Assembly (NCBI GenBank): GCA_965207065.1
Contig: OZ242260.1
Span: 2,656,001 to 2,720,000 of the forward strand
Direction of reading: 5' to 3'
Source of the DNA: a bacterium
Lineage (GTDB): Bacteria; UBA8248
Length of the DNA stretch: 64,000 nt
This document shows positions 1 through 9,687 of this stretch, piece by piece; position 1 is the stretch's first letter; every line of letters starts with the position of its first letter. The position numbers and the translations under genes were made by a program. Below the pieces are notes generated by a model, which was given only the letters and a program-made list of their open reading frames with translations, had not been told where the DNA came from and did no database searches.

Positions 1-69
1 GGCTTCCCTCCACAGGGCGACCAGCCCCCTGGCGTCCAGATATTCGGGATGCAGACTCCACAAGCGCAT
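1..69 (-). CDS. Pyrimidine dimer DNA glycosylase/endonuclease V-like protein, 5' end only (runs off window)
   Basis: Manual translation from ATG at 69 gives MRLWSLHPEYLDARGLVALWREA, the typical N-terminus of this family; GAGGAG RBS upstream; absent from ORF track. Confidence 0.75.
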   Translation of the reverse strand, partial: MRLWSLHPEYLDARGLVALWREA

Positions 70-119
70 CGTTCATCGCTCCTCGGCGGCGGGAGCGGGT
101 GCTGTTTCCGGCGTGCGGG

Positions 120-920
120 CTATTTTTCCTTTCGCGGCTTTCCGTTGATGAACGCTTCCCGGACGTAGCGGACGACCGACCAGATATCCTTGTCATTCAG
201 CAGGTGGCCGTAGGATTTCATGAAGTCGTATTTCTTAAGCTCCGTAACGTCGATGCGGCCGAGATTGATGTTCCAGAAGAGAAACCCGTCGTCGAAGCGC
301 GCCATCTGCTCCTTCAGGTGATAGTTCATCGGCGGCGGCTGGATGTGGCTGATGAACGGCTTTTCGGGGTCCTGATCCTCCACGGGACGGGTCCCGTCCC
401 CAAGGCCCTTTTTCCCGTGGCACTGGGAGCAGGCGTCGGCGAAGATTTTCCGGCTCTTCGCATCTTTCGGTTGTTCGCTTTTGCCGAAGCCGCGCACCCA
501 TTTGACGAGCTTCCTTATCTGAGCGTCTTCGAGCGCTTCGCCGAAGGAGGGCATGGCGGTGGGGACGCCGTTAATTACCTTGTGGCCCTTCGTCCGGTTT
601 TTGAGCACGTTCATCTTGCCGAACTTGACGACGGAGAACATGTAGTCGTCCGTCATGCGCTTCATGTAGGGGCTGATGAACACCTGGGGTCTCGGCCTCA
701 CCGTCCGCCAGATTGGCCCCTTGCCGTCGCCCTTGACCCCGTGGCAGGAGAAGCAGATTTCCCCGTATATCTTCTTGCCCCGCCAGTAGTCCCCGCCGTT
801 TTGTTTCGCCGTCTCGGGATTGGGCGGGATTCTCCTGGCCGCAAGGGAGGCGGGGGGTGCGATGAGACTCAAAGAGAGAGCAAGAACGATCCATACCCCC
901 TTTTCCCTCATAAACTTCAT
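120..920 (-). CDS. Periplasmic diheme c-type cytochrome
   Basis: Signal peptide; two CxxCH motifs (CFSCH, CSQCH), each followed by a Met-ligand-like segment (AMPSFG, FMKSYG); start set to MKFMREK after AGGA. Confidence 0.85.
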   Translation of the reverse strand: MKFMREKGVWIVLALSLSLIAPPASLAARRIPPNPETAKQNGGDYWRGKKIYGEICFSCHGVKGDGKGPIWRTVRPRPQVFISPYMKRMTDDYMFSVVKFGKMNVLKNRTKGHKVINGVPTAMPSFGEALEDAQIRKLVKWVRGFGKSEQPKDAKSRKIFADACSQCHGKKGLGDGTRPVEDQDPEKPFISHIQPPPMNYHLKEQMARFDDGFLFWNINLGRIDVTELKKYDFMKSYGHLLNDKDIWSVVRYVREAFINGKPRKEK

Positions 921-1024
921 TTCCTGTCCTCTTCCAGCGGTCTCGTCGATACGGGTTAGAGGGGCTTCTGAAACGCGGACGCGCGGGATGCCCACCCGAT
1001 TATGTCGGCCAAGTCTCCGTTATT

Positions 1025-2023
1025 TTATTTCTTCGCGCAAGGATTTCTGGCGCACGGATTCTTGGCGGCGCACGGGTTTTTCGCTGCGCAGGGGTTCTTC
1101 GGCGCGCAGGGGTTGTTCGCACATGGGTTTTTGGCGGCGCATGGGTTGCTGGAAGCAGGCGGAATTTTTCCCGCGCAGGGATTCTTCGCAGCGGGCGGGC
1201 TTTGGGGTGCGCAAGGGTTCTTGGCGACGGGAGCATCCCCACCAGGAATTTTCGACTTGCCCGGATCGCTTACGCCGGGATTACCGCCACCGGCGACGGA
1301 TTGCAGCGTTTTCATGAACCCCTTGCGCTTCGCCTCCCACTCGAGCATGCGCTTGTAGCGCGCGGGCGAGAGCGAAACCACATAAGTTTCCAGGTCCTTG
1401 TAGTCCTGAGATTTGGGGTCCATGGGCGGATTGCCGATGAACGCCGTGGCGCACCAGTCGTTGAACTGCCCGACGCTCACCACATGGTCCGCAGGGCTCA
1501 GGCGCGGGAAGTGCTCCGCCGCTCCGATGAGCGTGGGCACCGGAACGGGATATCTCGCGCCCGTTACGTCCACTACGGTGCCCCGGATGGTGCGTCCCCT
1601 GGGGTGGCAGCCCACGCAGCCGATGCTCCGGAAGATTTTCCTGCCCCGGGCGACGGCGTCCTTCACGCTTACGTCACGCTTCCGGGTGAAGGAATAAGGC
1701 GGATTCGTGATGCCCGCCGCCTTGCTCCCCGCCGGGGCCTTGCCGCCCGGAGAGGGGGTGAATGGTTTGACGATGCGCGGACTCTTCTCCGTCCTGGCGC
1801 AGGCGTTCTTCGCCGCGCATGGGTTTTTGGCCGCGCCCGGATTCTGGGCCGCGCATGGGTTACTCGGTGCGCAGGGATTCTGGGCTGCGCAAGGGTTTCC
1901 GGCGCACGGGTTCTTGGACGTGCAAGGATTCTTGGATTGATTCGCCGCATGGACAGAAATGACGGCCCATATCGAGACGCTCAGGAGCGCGCCGAGGAGG
2001 ACGAACCTCGATTTTCTCAGCAT
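1025..2023 (-). CDS. Secreted monoheme cytochrome c with N- and C-terminal Cys-rich NPC repeats
   Basis: Signal peptide; CVGCH; 6 NPC (plus NPG and NAC variants) before and 9 NPC after the heme domain. Confidence 0.8.
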   Translation of the reverse strand: MLRKSRFVLLGALLSVSIWAVISVHAANQSKNPCTSKNPCAGNPCAAQNPCAPSNPCAAQNPGAAKNPCAAKNACARTEKSPRIVKPFTPSPGGKAPAGSKAAGITNPPYSFTRKRDVSVKDAVARGRKIFRSIGCVGCHPRGRTIRGTVVDVTGARYPVPVPTLIGAAEHFPRLSPADHVVSVGQFNDWCATAFIGNPPMDPKSQDYKDLETYVVSLSPARYKRMLEWEAKRKGFMKTLQSVAGGGNPGVSDPGKSKIPGGDAPVAKNPCAPQSPPAAKNPCAGKIPPASSNPCAAKNPCANNPCAPKNPCAAKNPCAAKNPCARNPCAKK

Positions 2024-2137
2024 GGTCTTCTCTCCCCTGAGGAATGGATTCGATGCGGCGGAAGGAAGCGGAACAGGGTCATGGATTCTGCCTCGTGAGG
2101 CGGCTGCTTCCTCCCGATTCTATCAGAATCGAGGGCG

Positions 2138-2560
2138 CTAGGGGAGCAGCCGCATCCCCAGAACGGCGACGAACAGGGCGATAAATACGGCCAGAAACCC
2201 GCAGTAGGAGTGAATCTGCCTTAAATCCTCGTTCCCCAGGTTTCGCCTCAGCCTACGGCCCAGATACGCCGTCGTCCAGAAAAGGCCGAGCGCCAGGGTG
2301 GCGAAATAGCTGTGCGCCGTCTCGTAGAGAGGGCCTTCTAGGGCGAAGCGCATGCCGCCAAGACCCAGGGCGTAGCCCACAGAGAAAAGAGCGATAAACC
2401 AACGCCCGAGCCGCATGTGCAGGCGGGCGACCCGCACCGTCTCGGGGCCGGCTCCTAACTTGCGCGAGCGCCTCACGCGCAGGCCGTTCGCCAGCGTGAT
2501 CAGGCCGAGCGAGAGCGTCGCGATCTGAAAAGCCGGATGAATGTAGGCCGCCAAATTCAT
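2138..2560 (-). CDS. Four-TM membrane protein, DUF4079-like
   Basis: Four hydrophobic helices with one His each (IHP, LHM, AHS, IHS); ends in LLP. Confidence 0.6.
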   Translation of the reverse strand: MNLAAYIHPAFQIATLSLGLITLANGLRVRRSRKLGAGPETVRVARLHMRLGRWFIALFSVGYALGLGGMRFALEGPLYETAHSYFATLALGLFWTTAYLGRRLRRNLGNEDLRQIHSYCGFLAVFIALFVAVLGMRLLP

Positions 2561-2705
2561 GCGTTCGCGCTCCGGGGGGTCAAGAAACCTCGCGTTCATC
2601 TCCACCCCTGTTTACCTTGCCCGATGGGCAGACGCAAAGCTATAGTAGCCGAAACGCGAATCCGGCCATCGGCCGCAGTCCCTTGAATTATCGAGTGAGG
2701 GGACC

Positions 2706-3500
2706 ATGAACATAGAAGACGTACGCGCCATCGCGCGCGGCAGCAGAGTATTCGATCTGGGCGTCGAGCTTTTTCCCGGAATGCCCCACGTGCCGCTGCA
2801 CGGCCCGTTCGGGTTCTCGATGATCAGGGAACACGGCGACCACATGTATTCAGGCGGGGCGTGCTCGGCGGTTGAGGCGATTTTCTGCACCGGCCACACC
2901 GGCACGCACATCGACGCCCTGGGCCACGTCGCAAAGGACATGAAGCTCTACGGCGGCCTGGACGTCGCCGAGCACCAGAGCAAGACGGAAGGCATGAAAG
3001 CCCACGGGGTCGAGACCGTAGCGCCCGTGGTGAGGCGCGGCGTGTTTATCGACGTGGCGGCTTACTTGAAAAAAGACGTTTTAGAGGCGGGCCGGCCCAT
3101 CACGAAAGAAGAACTCGAAGCCGCCGCAGCCGCCCAGGGGGTCAAGGTGGAAGAGGGAGACGTCGTCCTGGTGCGAACGGGCCACATGCAAAACTGGCCG
3201 GGCCGGAATTATTATTTCCAGAAAGGCGGCGTGCCCGGAATCGACCTGGATGCCGCGAAATGGCTCTCGGATCAGGGAATCTTCATGGTCGGGAGTGATA
3301 CCTTCGCGGTCGAGGTGCTGCCCGCCCCCACGATGCCGGTGCACTGCCACATGCTGGTGGACTGCGGCATCCACCTGCTCGAGGTGTCCGTGCTCGAGGA
3401 ATTGAGCCAGGCGCGCGCCCATGAGTTTCTCTTCGTCTGCCTGCCGCTCAAGGTGCGCGGCGGCACGGGCTCGCCCGTCCGTCCCGTGGCCATCCTGTAA
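2706..3500 (+). CDS. Cyclase family (kynurenine formamidase-like) metal hydrolase
   Basis: HTGTHIDALGH motif; GGTGSPVRPVA C-terminus. Confidence 0.9.
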   Translation: MNIEDVRAIARGSRVFDLGVELFPGMPHVPLHGPFGFSMIREHGDHMYSGGACSAVEAIFCTGHTGTHIDALGHVAKDMKLYGGLDVAEHQSKTEGMKAHGVETVAPVVRRGVFIDVAAYLKKDVLEAGRPITKEELEAAAAAQGVKVEEGDVVLVRTGHMQNWPGRNYYFQKGGVPGIDLDAAKWLSDQGIFMVGSDTFAVEVLPAPTMPVHCHMLVDCGIHLLEVSVLEELSQARAHEFLFVCLPLKVRGGTGSPVRPVAIL

Positions 3501-3531
3501 ACCCACCTTTTCTGAATCCGGTGAGATAGTC

Positions 3532-4779
3532 ATGCCCCGCGTGTTCGAGGACAGGGCCAAAGCGCTTCTGAATAGCGCGGGCGTGCGCGTCCCCAAGGGA
3601 CACTCCGTGACGACGCCCTTAGAGGCGGCGGAGGCGGCGCGCGCCATCGGCGGCCCCGTGATGGTGAAGGCCCTGGTGCCCGCGGGAAAACGCGGCAAGG
3701 CGGGGGCGATCCTCGCTGCGGATACGCCCGATGAGGCGAAGGAAGCGGCGCGGAAACTCCTGGGCCGTGTGGTGCATCATTTCCCCGTGAAGCGCCTGCT
3801 GGTGGAGGAGAGGGTCTCGATCGCGCAGGAGTGGTATCTCTCGGTCGCCTTCGACAGCGCATCGCGCGGGCCGCTCGTCATGTTCAGCACCGAGGGCGGC
3901 GTGGAGATCGAGTCGCTTTTAGAAGAAAACCCGGACGCTCTTAAACGGCTGGAAGTCGATATTCTGGAGGGACTCACCGAGGAGCGGTGCGTCTCCTTCC
4001 TGCGCGCGATGGGCGTGCACGGGGAGGGCCTCTACCGCGCGGCCATGGCGCTCGAGGCCTGCTACGCGCTTTTTCGCCGGAGCGAGGCGCGGGTACTGGA
4101 GGTGAATCCACTCGTCCTGACTGATACGGACGAAGTGATCGCCGCCGCGTGCGTTCTCGATCTGGACGCGGACGCCCTGTTCCGCCACGCAGACCTCAAA
4201 GAACTGCTCGATGATGACTCGGACGGCGGCTGGCGTCCGCCGACGCCCGTGGAGGCGAGGGTCGCGGAGATCGACGCCATGGTCCCTCCGTTCAATACGG
4301 CGCGCTTCACGGAAATCGATGGCGGGGAGATCGCCCTCATGTGGAGCGGGGGCGGGGGCGGCCTGTATTTGCTGGACACGATGGAGCGCCTGGGCGGCAA
4401 GCCCGCGACGGCGTTCGACATCACTCCGGGCCCGCTTGAGGAGAAGTATTTCGAGATCACCAAAGAGATTCTCGCGATGCCGAACGTGAAGGGCGCGCTC
4501 GCGGGCAGCAACATCACGAGTTTCTCGCGCGTTCAGCTCAAGGTCCGCGCCATCGCCCGCGCGGTCGAGGAGACGGGGGTCGACCTCGCGAAATTTCCCT
4601 TCATCGTGCGCTTCGCGGGCGCGGGCGGGGAGGAGGCCAGGGAGATCGCCGCAAGCTGTCCGGGCCTTCAGTATCTTGGGGATGAGGTGACGCTCGAAGA
4701 AGCCGCCGAGCGTATCATCGCCCAGGTCGAGGCTGTGAAGCGCGGGGAGTCGTGGACGAGTATAGGAGGCGCGCCTTGA
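3532..4779 (+). CDS. ADP-forming acyl-CoA synthetase beta subunit (SucC-like, divergent)
   Basis: ATP-grasp motifs GKRGKAG, EGGVEIE, EVNPL; start MPRVFE. Confidence 0.85.
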   Translation: MPRVFEDRAKALLNSAGVRVPKGHSVTTPLEAAEAARAIGGPVMVKALVPAGKRGKAGAILAADTPDEAKEAARKLLGRVVHHFPVKRLLVEERVSIAQEWYLSVAFDSASRGPLVMFSTEGGVEIESLLEENPDALKRLEVDILEGLTEERCVSFLRAMGVHGEGLYRAAMALEACYALFRRSEARVLEVNPLVLTDTDEVIAAACVLDLDADALFRHADLKELLDDDSDGGWRPPTPVEARVAEIDAMVPPFNTARFTEIDGGEIALMWSGGGGGLYLLDTMERLGGKPATAFDITPGPLEEKYFEITKEILAMPNVKGALAGSNITSFSRVQLKVRAIARAVEETGVDLAKFPFIVRFAGAGGEEAREIAASCPGLQYLGDEVTLEEAAERIIAQVEAVKRGESWTSIGGAP

Positions 4780-5693
4780 GCATTCTGGTTGACGAGACAA
4801 CGCGCGTCGTCGTGGCGGGCATCACCGGCTGGCAGGCGCGCGCCCACACCGGCTTCATGCGGGCGTACGGCACCCGCGTGGTGGCGGGCGTAGTGCCCGG
4901 CCGCGCGGGCGAGGATTGCGACGGCGTGCCCGTGTATGACTCGTTCGCCTCCGCTCTGGGTGAACACCCGGCGGACGCGGCCGTCCTGTTCGTGCCGGCC
5001 GCCGCAGCGGCGGAATCGGCCATCGAAGCGGCGGTGGCGGGCGTCGGGATGATTCTCGTGTGCGCCGAGGGCGTCCCGCAGCACGACGTGGCGCGGATGA
5101 TCGCCCATGCACGGCGCGCAGGGGTGCGGCTCGTGGGTCCCAACAGCCAGGGGGTCATCAGTCCCGGACGCGCGAAGATGGGCGGCACGGGCGGCGATCT
5201 GCCCGTCACGAACCTCCTGTTCCGGCGCGGGCCGGTGGGCGTGCTGAGCAGAAGCGGGGGCATGGGCAGCGAGACCTGCTGGCTCCTGAGCCGCGAGGGA
5301 ATCGGCCAGAGCACCTACGTGAGCGTGGGGGGAGACGCCATGGTGGGCGCGCCCTTCTCTGAACTCTTGCCCATGTTCCAAGCCGATCCGGATACGGAGT
5401 GCGTCGTCCTGTTCGGCGAGCCGGGCTCGTGCGCCGAAGAGGACGCGGCGCGCCTGATGGGCGAGGGGGGATTCACCAAGCCTGTGGTCGCCTTCATCGC
5501 GGGGATGGTGAACGAGTCCGCTCCCCAAGGTGTGAGCTTCGGCCACGCGGCGGCCATCATCGAGCGCGGCGAAGGCTCTCCCGCACGGAAAAAGGCGCTG
5601 TTGAGAGAGGCGGGGGCCGCTGTGGTGGAGGATATGCGCGAGATTCCAGACGCCGTGCGCGATGCCTTGGGCGCTGGATTTTTCGCTCCTTAG
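4776..5693 (+). CDS. ADP-forming acyl-CoA synthetase alpha subunit (SucD-like)
   Basis: GITG CoA-binding motif, GPNS, SRSG, phospho-His FGHAAA; TTG start overlaps upstream TGA. Confidence 0.85.
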   Translation: MSILVDETTRVVVAGITGWQARAHTGFMRAYGTRVVAGVVPGRAGEDCDGVPVYDSFASALGEHPADAAVLFVPAAAAAESAIEAAVAGVGMILVCAEGVPQHDVARMIAHARRAGVRLVGPNSQGVISPGRAKMGGTGGDLPVTNLLFRRGPVGVLSRSGGMGSETCWLLSREGIGQSTYVSVGGDAMVGAPFSELLPMFQADPDTECVVLFGEPGSCAEEDAARLMGEGGFTKPVVAFIAGMVNESAPQGVSFGHAAAIIERGEGSPARKKALLREAGAAVVEDMREIPDAVRDALGAGFFAP

Positions 5694-5793
5694 CTGATAA
5701 TTCTATCCGGTATTCCCTGAAAAATCCGAAACTGGTGGTTTCGTATTTCATCGTCCCAAGAAAATATTGTGTAAAGACAAGGAGAAATTGCAA

Positions 5794-7473
5794 ATGCCGA
5801 AAATGACAGGCGCCCAGGTCATGGCCGAGATGCTCAAGGGCTATGGCGTGACTCACACTTTTCTGGTTCCCGCTGTTCTCAGGCGCTCGATGGCCGAGAT
5901 GGAAGAGCGCACGAACATCGCCCGCATCCAGACGCACGGCGAGAAATCCGCCGCCTACATGGCGGACGGCTACGCCCGCGCGGGCAAGAAGCCGGGCGTC
6001 TGCATGGCGCAGGTCATCGGCGCGCTGAACCTGGCGGCGGGCCTGCGGGACGCCTATCTGGCGAAGGCTCCCGTCCTGGCCTTCACGGGCGGGCGCGTGC
6101 CCGAGACGAAGTTCCGCAAGGTCTACCAGGAGGTGGACGACGTTCCCGCCTTCGAGCCGGTGACGAAGTTCAACGCCACGGTGGACGACGTCTCGCGCTT
6201 CCCGGACATGCTCCGGCAAGCCTTCCGCGTGGCCACCTCGGGATGCCCGGGGCCGGTGCACCTGCAATTCGCAGGCAACGAGGGCCAGCTCGACATCGGA
6301 GAGGCCGAGATGGAGGTGGTCATCGAAGAAGATTTCAAGGAACTCCCTCCATATAGGCCCGAACCTGAAATGGCGCGCGTGAAAAAAGCGGTCGAGTTGC
6401 TGGAAAAAGCGGAGCGCCCCGTCATCGTCGCTGGCGGCGGGGTTCGCTCATCGGGAGCGTCGAAAGAACTCATCGCCCTGGCGGAGAAGCTGAACATACC
6501 GGTGGCGACGTCGTTGAACGGCAAGGACAACATTCCGGGCAACCATCGGCTTTCCGTCGGCGTAGTGGGCACCTATTCGAGAAAGAGCGCGAACCGCGTC
6601 GTGAACGGAGCCGACCTGGTCTTTTTCGTCGGCACCGAGACGGGCGGCATGACGACGCACTTCTGGGCCGTGCCACCCATCGGCACGCCCGCCATCCAGC
6701 TCGACATCGAACCAGAGGCGCTTGCGCGGAACTATCCCCTGCAAGCCGCGGTTCTGGGCGACGCCAGGGTGAGCCTCCAGAAGATGACCGATGCGACGAG
6801 TGGAGATTCCGCCGCCTCGCGCGCGGGCTGGGTCGAGCGAGCACAGGGCTTCGTGCAGGGATGGCGCGATGAATTCAGCGAATATCTCGCATCGGACGCA
6901 GCACCCATGCGTCCCGAGCGCATCTGCCAGGAGTTGACGGATTCGCTGCCTTCGGACTGCGTCGTGCTGGGCGATACGGGCCATTCGGGCATGTGGATGG
7001 GCGGCATGTACGACCTCTCGCACCCCGAGCAGAGCTACATACGGAGCGCGGGCCACCTGGGCTGGGCCTTCTCGGCGGGTCTGGGGGCGAAGTGCGCGGT
7101 GCCCGACAGGCCGGTGCTCGCCTTCAACGGCGATTCGGGCTTCTGGTATCACCTGTCTGAAATCGAGACCGCCGTGCGCTGGAATATCAACGCGGTGACG
7201 CTGGTGAACAACAACGCCTCTGGGAATCAATCGAAGCGCGGCTTCGATCGCGCCTACGGCGGCGAGCAGACCGAGCAGGCTCATGAACTCTGGAAGCTGA
7301 ACGCGGTGAATTTCGCCGAGATAGCCGAATCCATGGGCGCATTGGGCATCCGGGTGGAAAAACCGGGTGAGCTGAAAAGCGCGCTCGACCAGGCCTTCAG
7401 CGCGAACCGGCCCGTCGTAATCGACTGCGTGAGCGACATCGAGGCCATGGCGCCGTTGGCTGTTACGGAGTAG
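5794..7473 (+). CDS. Thiamine pyrophosphate-dependent enzyme (acetolactate synthase-like)
   Basis: E..AAYMADGYAR motif; GDSG...NN TPP-binding motif. Confidence 0.9.
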   Translation: MPKMTGAQVMAEMLKGYGVTHTFLVPAVLRRSMAEMEERTNIARIQTHGEKSAAYMADGYARAGKKPGVCMAQVIGALNLAAGLRDAYLAKAPVLAFTGGRVPETKFRKVYQEVDDVPAFEPVTKFNATVDDVSRFPDMLRQAFRVATSGCPGPVHLQFAGNEGQLDIGEAEMEVVIEEDFKELPPYRPEPEMARVKKAVELLEKAERPVIVAGGGVRSSGASKELIALAEKLNIPVATSLNGKDNIPGNHRLSVGVVGTYSRKSANRVVNGADLVFFVGTETGGMTTHFWAVPPIGTPAIQLDIEPEALARNYPLQAAVLGDARVSLQKMTDATSGDSAASRAGWVERAQGFVQGWRDEFSEYLASDAAPMRPERICQELTDSLPSDCVVLGDTGHSGMWMGGMYDLSHPEQSYIRSAGHLGWAFSAGLGAKCAVPDRPVLAFNGDSGFWYHLSEIETAVRWNINAVTLVNNNASGNQSKRGFDRAYGGEQTEQAHELWKLNAVNFAEIAESMGALGIRVEKPGELKSALDQAFSANRPVVIDCVSDIEAMAPLAVTE

Positions 7474-7489
7474 GGGCGCGCGGCGGTTT

Positions 7490-7710
7490 TGTATGTAGCG
7501 CTCCAAAGATGGGAGCGCTACATACACTAGGCTTACGACCAAAACGACGTACGGGGTGAGGACGTGACAGAGACGAAATGACAAAGTCCCTGGATTCCGG
7601 CATGCGCCGGAATGACGATCAAAAGCGCATTCACCCGTAGGGGCGGCCCCCCGTGGCCGCCCTGGTCGTATCCACCTTGACATAGGACAGGCACAGGGGC
7701 CTGTCCCTAC
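7490..7710. repeat. REP cluster: 15-bp-stem GTAG palindrome (7490-7526), CGTC-type REP (7590-7617), inverted GTAG REP pair (7637-7662 and 7685-7710)
   Basis: TGTATGTAGCGCTCC/GGAGCGCTACATACA; CTGGATTCCGGCATGCGCCGGAATGACG; GTAGGGGCGGCC.. and ..CCTGTCCCTAC. Confidence 0.8.
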
Positions 7711-7783
7711 GAGGCGGTGCGGTTATGTTTGTCATTCCGAGGTGGTCACGTGAAGACGTGTGGAAATAAGGGGCGTATCAGAT

Positions 7784-8656
7784 TCAGACCGTCCGGGATG
7801 CGCTCGGCTCACTGATTGAGGAAATCTTCCTCGCCAGAAATTCGCGCGTTACGCGGATGAATGCCTCTGGTTCGTCCATGAAGACGTGGTGGTGCGCGCC
7901 GGGGATGACGGCTGTCTCCACATGCGGAACCTTCTCGCGGACCCATTCGAGGGAATCCGATTTCAGGCGGTCGGAGAGTTCCCCCGCCACGAGCAGGGCA
8001 GGGGTCTCGACCCGCTGCCAGCCCGCGCGCTGATCCGTCTCGGGACGCGCGGCGTGAAAACGCCTGTCCGCCTTGACCGTCCAGGTGCCGTCGCCGTTTT
8101 GCCTCACGGCGTGGCGCGCGATATGGGCGATTGTATCGGGGTTCACCTTGTCCGATGCGGGCAGTAGCCTGAATTTCTCCACGAAAAGCTCTCGCGACGC
8201 CCAGGGTCTGGCGGGCCGGTTCCCGAACGCGCGCACCTCGGCGAGAATCGCGTCCGTCGTCCGGAGCGGGGAATCCACGATGATGATGCCCTCGACGTCG
8301 GGCGGCTCCAGGGCGAAGAGGTTCAGCGCGATGACGCCTCCCATCGAGTGCGCCAGCAGCCAGGGCTTTCGTCCGCTCTCTTCTTTCGCCCATTCCACCC
8401 AGGCCGTCACGTCGCGCAGCAGGTCCTCGAAGACGTATTCATCCTGCCATCCGGTGTCCCCGTGGCCGCGGTGATCCGTCGCCACGGGCCGGAGCATGTC
8501 CGTGTAACCGGGGGCGATGTGATCCCACCAGCGCGCGTGGGCCGCAGCGCCGTGCAGCATCAGGATGATGGGCTTGTCCTCGCCCTCGTCCCCGTGGTCC
8601 AGGGCGTGCAGCCGCACGCCGTCTCTTTCGATGAATACGCTCTTTGGTTCCGACAT
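7784..8656 (-). CDS. Alpha/beta fold hydrolase
   Basis: HG oxyanion motif, DHRGHG, AHSMGG nucleophile, C-terminal His (GAHH). Confidence 0.9.
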   Translation of the reverse strand: MSEPKSVFIERDGVRLHALDHGDEGEDKPIILMLHGAAAHARWWDHIAPGYTDMLRPVATDHRGHGDTGWQDEYVFEDLLRDVTAWVEWAKEESGRKPWLLAHSMGGVIALNLFALEPPDVEGIIIVDSPLRTTDAILAEVRAFGNRPARPWASRELFVEKFRLLPASDKVNPDTIAHIARHAVRQNGDGTWTVKADRRFHAARPETDQRAGWQRVETPALLVAGELSDRLKSDSLEWVREKVPHVETAVIPGAHHHVFMDEPEAFIRVTREFLARKISSISEPSASRTV

Positions 8657-8779
8657 TCGTCTTGACTCCGGATATGATGAGGCCGTTTCAGATTTCGAGG
8701 GAGAATCCACCATCAGCGCGGGAATGGCAAGCCTGCTTGCTCATTTGGCGGTGTTTCAGGGGAGTGGACAGTGCTTAGG

Positions 8780-8995
8780 AGGCTGTTGAAAAGCCCGAAT
8801 AGGGCCCCTGCAAGTAGAGGGTTTGTAGGGACAGGCCCCCGTGCCTGTCCACGTGAAGCACAACCACGGGGTTGGACATATCCGATACGGGCGGCCACTG
8901 GGGGCCGCCCCTACGTCTCAAAACATGGGTGGGTGTGTATACCCTCCCCGGTCGGCTACATACGCCGTTCACAAAATCAGGTTTCTTAACAGTCT
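8780..8995. mobile_element. Degenerate MITE-like element containing an inverted GTAG REP pair (8825-8850 and 8889-8914)
   Basis: Ends AGGCTGTTGAAAA and TTTCTTAACAGTCT resemble the TIRs of other copies; no target duplication visible. Confidence 0.55.
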
Positions 8996-9021
8996 TTTGA
9001 AATGCGTTCGGGTTCCAGGCG

Positions 9022-9675
9022 TCAACGCTCCTCGGGCCATACGGCGCGCGCCAGGCGCCAGCCCGCTAGCGCGCCTATAAACTGGGCGATGATGAAGGCG
9101 AGCGCGTCGAACGGCTGAATGCCCGAGAACGTGTTGGTGTAAACCCGTGCGACCGTGACCGCCGGGTTGGCGAAGCTGGTCGAGGCCGTGAACCAGAGGG
9201 CCGCCATGATGTATAGCCCGACCATCGCGGGGATGAGGGCGGGGTTCGTGCGCAGCCCGCCCAGGATGACGAAGATCAGCCCCGCCGTCGCTATGACTTC
9301 CGCCGACCACTGGCCGATGCCGCTGCGCGTTTTCACCGAGACCTGGGCGATGTCCAAGTCGAACATCAGATGCGCGGCGAGCACGCCGAGGATACCCGCG
9401 AGGAATTGCGTGGCGACGTAGGGCGCGGCCTCGCGCTGTTCCATCTCCCCATTCAAGGCGAAGACCATGGTGACCGCGGGGTTGAAGTGCGCGCCGGAGA
9501 CCGGCCCGAGCAGGGTGATCATCACGAAGAGAATCGCGCCGATCGCCAGGGAATGCGGCAATAGCGCCGCGCCCGCCTGCCCGTTCGAGAGGGCGTCGCC
9601 CATGATGCCCGATCCTGTGATGGCGGCGAGGAGAAACGCGGTTCCAACGGCTTCGGCCAGGAGTTTACGGCTCAT
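9022..9675 (-). CDS. MIP family aquaglyceroporin, AqpS-like arsenite channel
   Basis: HFNPAVT and SFANPAVT motifs; directly downstream of arsC. Confidence 0.85.
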   Translation of the reverse strand: MSRKLLAEAVGTAFLLAAITGSGIMGDALSNGQAGAALLPHSLAIGAILFVMITLLGPVSGAHFNPAVTMVFALNGEMEQREAAPYVATQFLAGILGVLAAHLMFDLDIAQVSVKTRSGIGQWSAEVIATAGLIFVILGGLRTNPALIPAMVGLYIMAALWFTASTSFANPAVTVARVYTNTFSGIQPFDALAFIIAQFIGALAGWRLARAVWPEER

Positions 9676-9687
9676 CGGGTTACCTCC

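Noticed and set aside
1002-1358. ORF with AQGF/AHGF repeats
   Set aside because: Antisense mirror of the NPC repeats in the cytochrome gene
3532-5693. ATP-citrate lyase or canonical sucCD call
   Set aside because: No citryl-CoA lyase domain, divergent motifs and no TCA context; kept as a generic ADP-forming ligase
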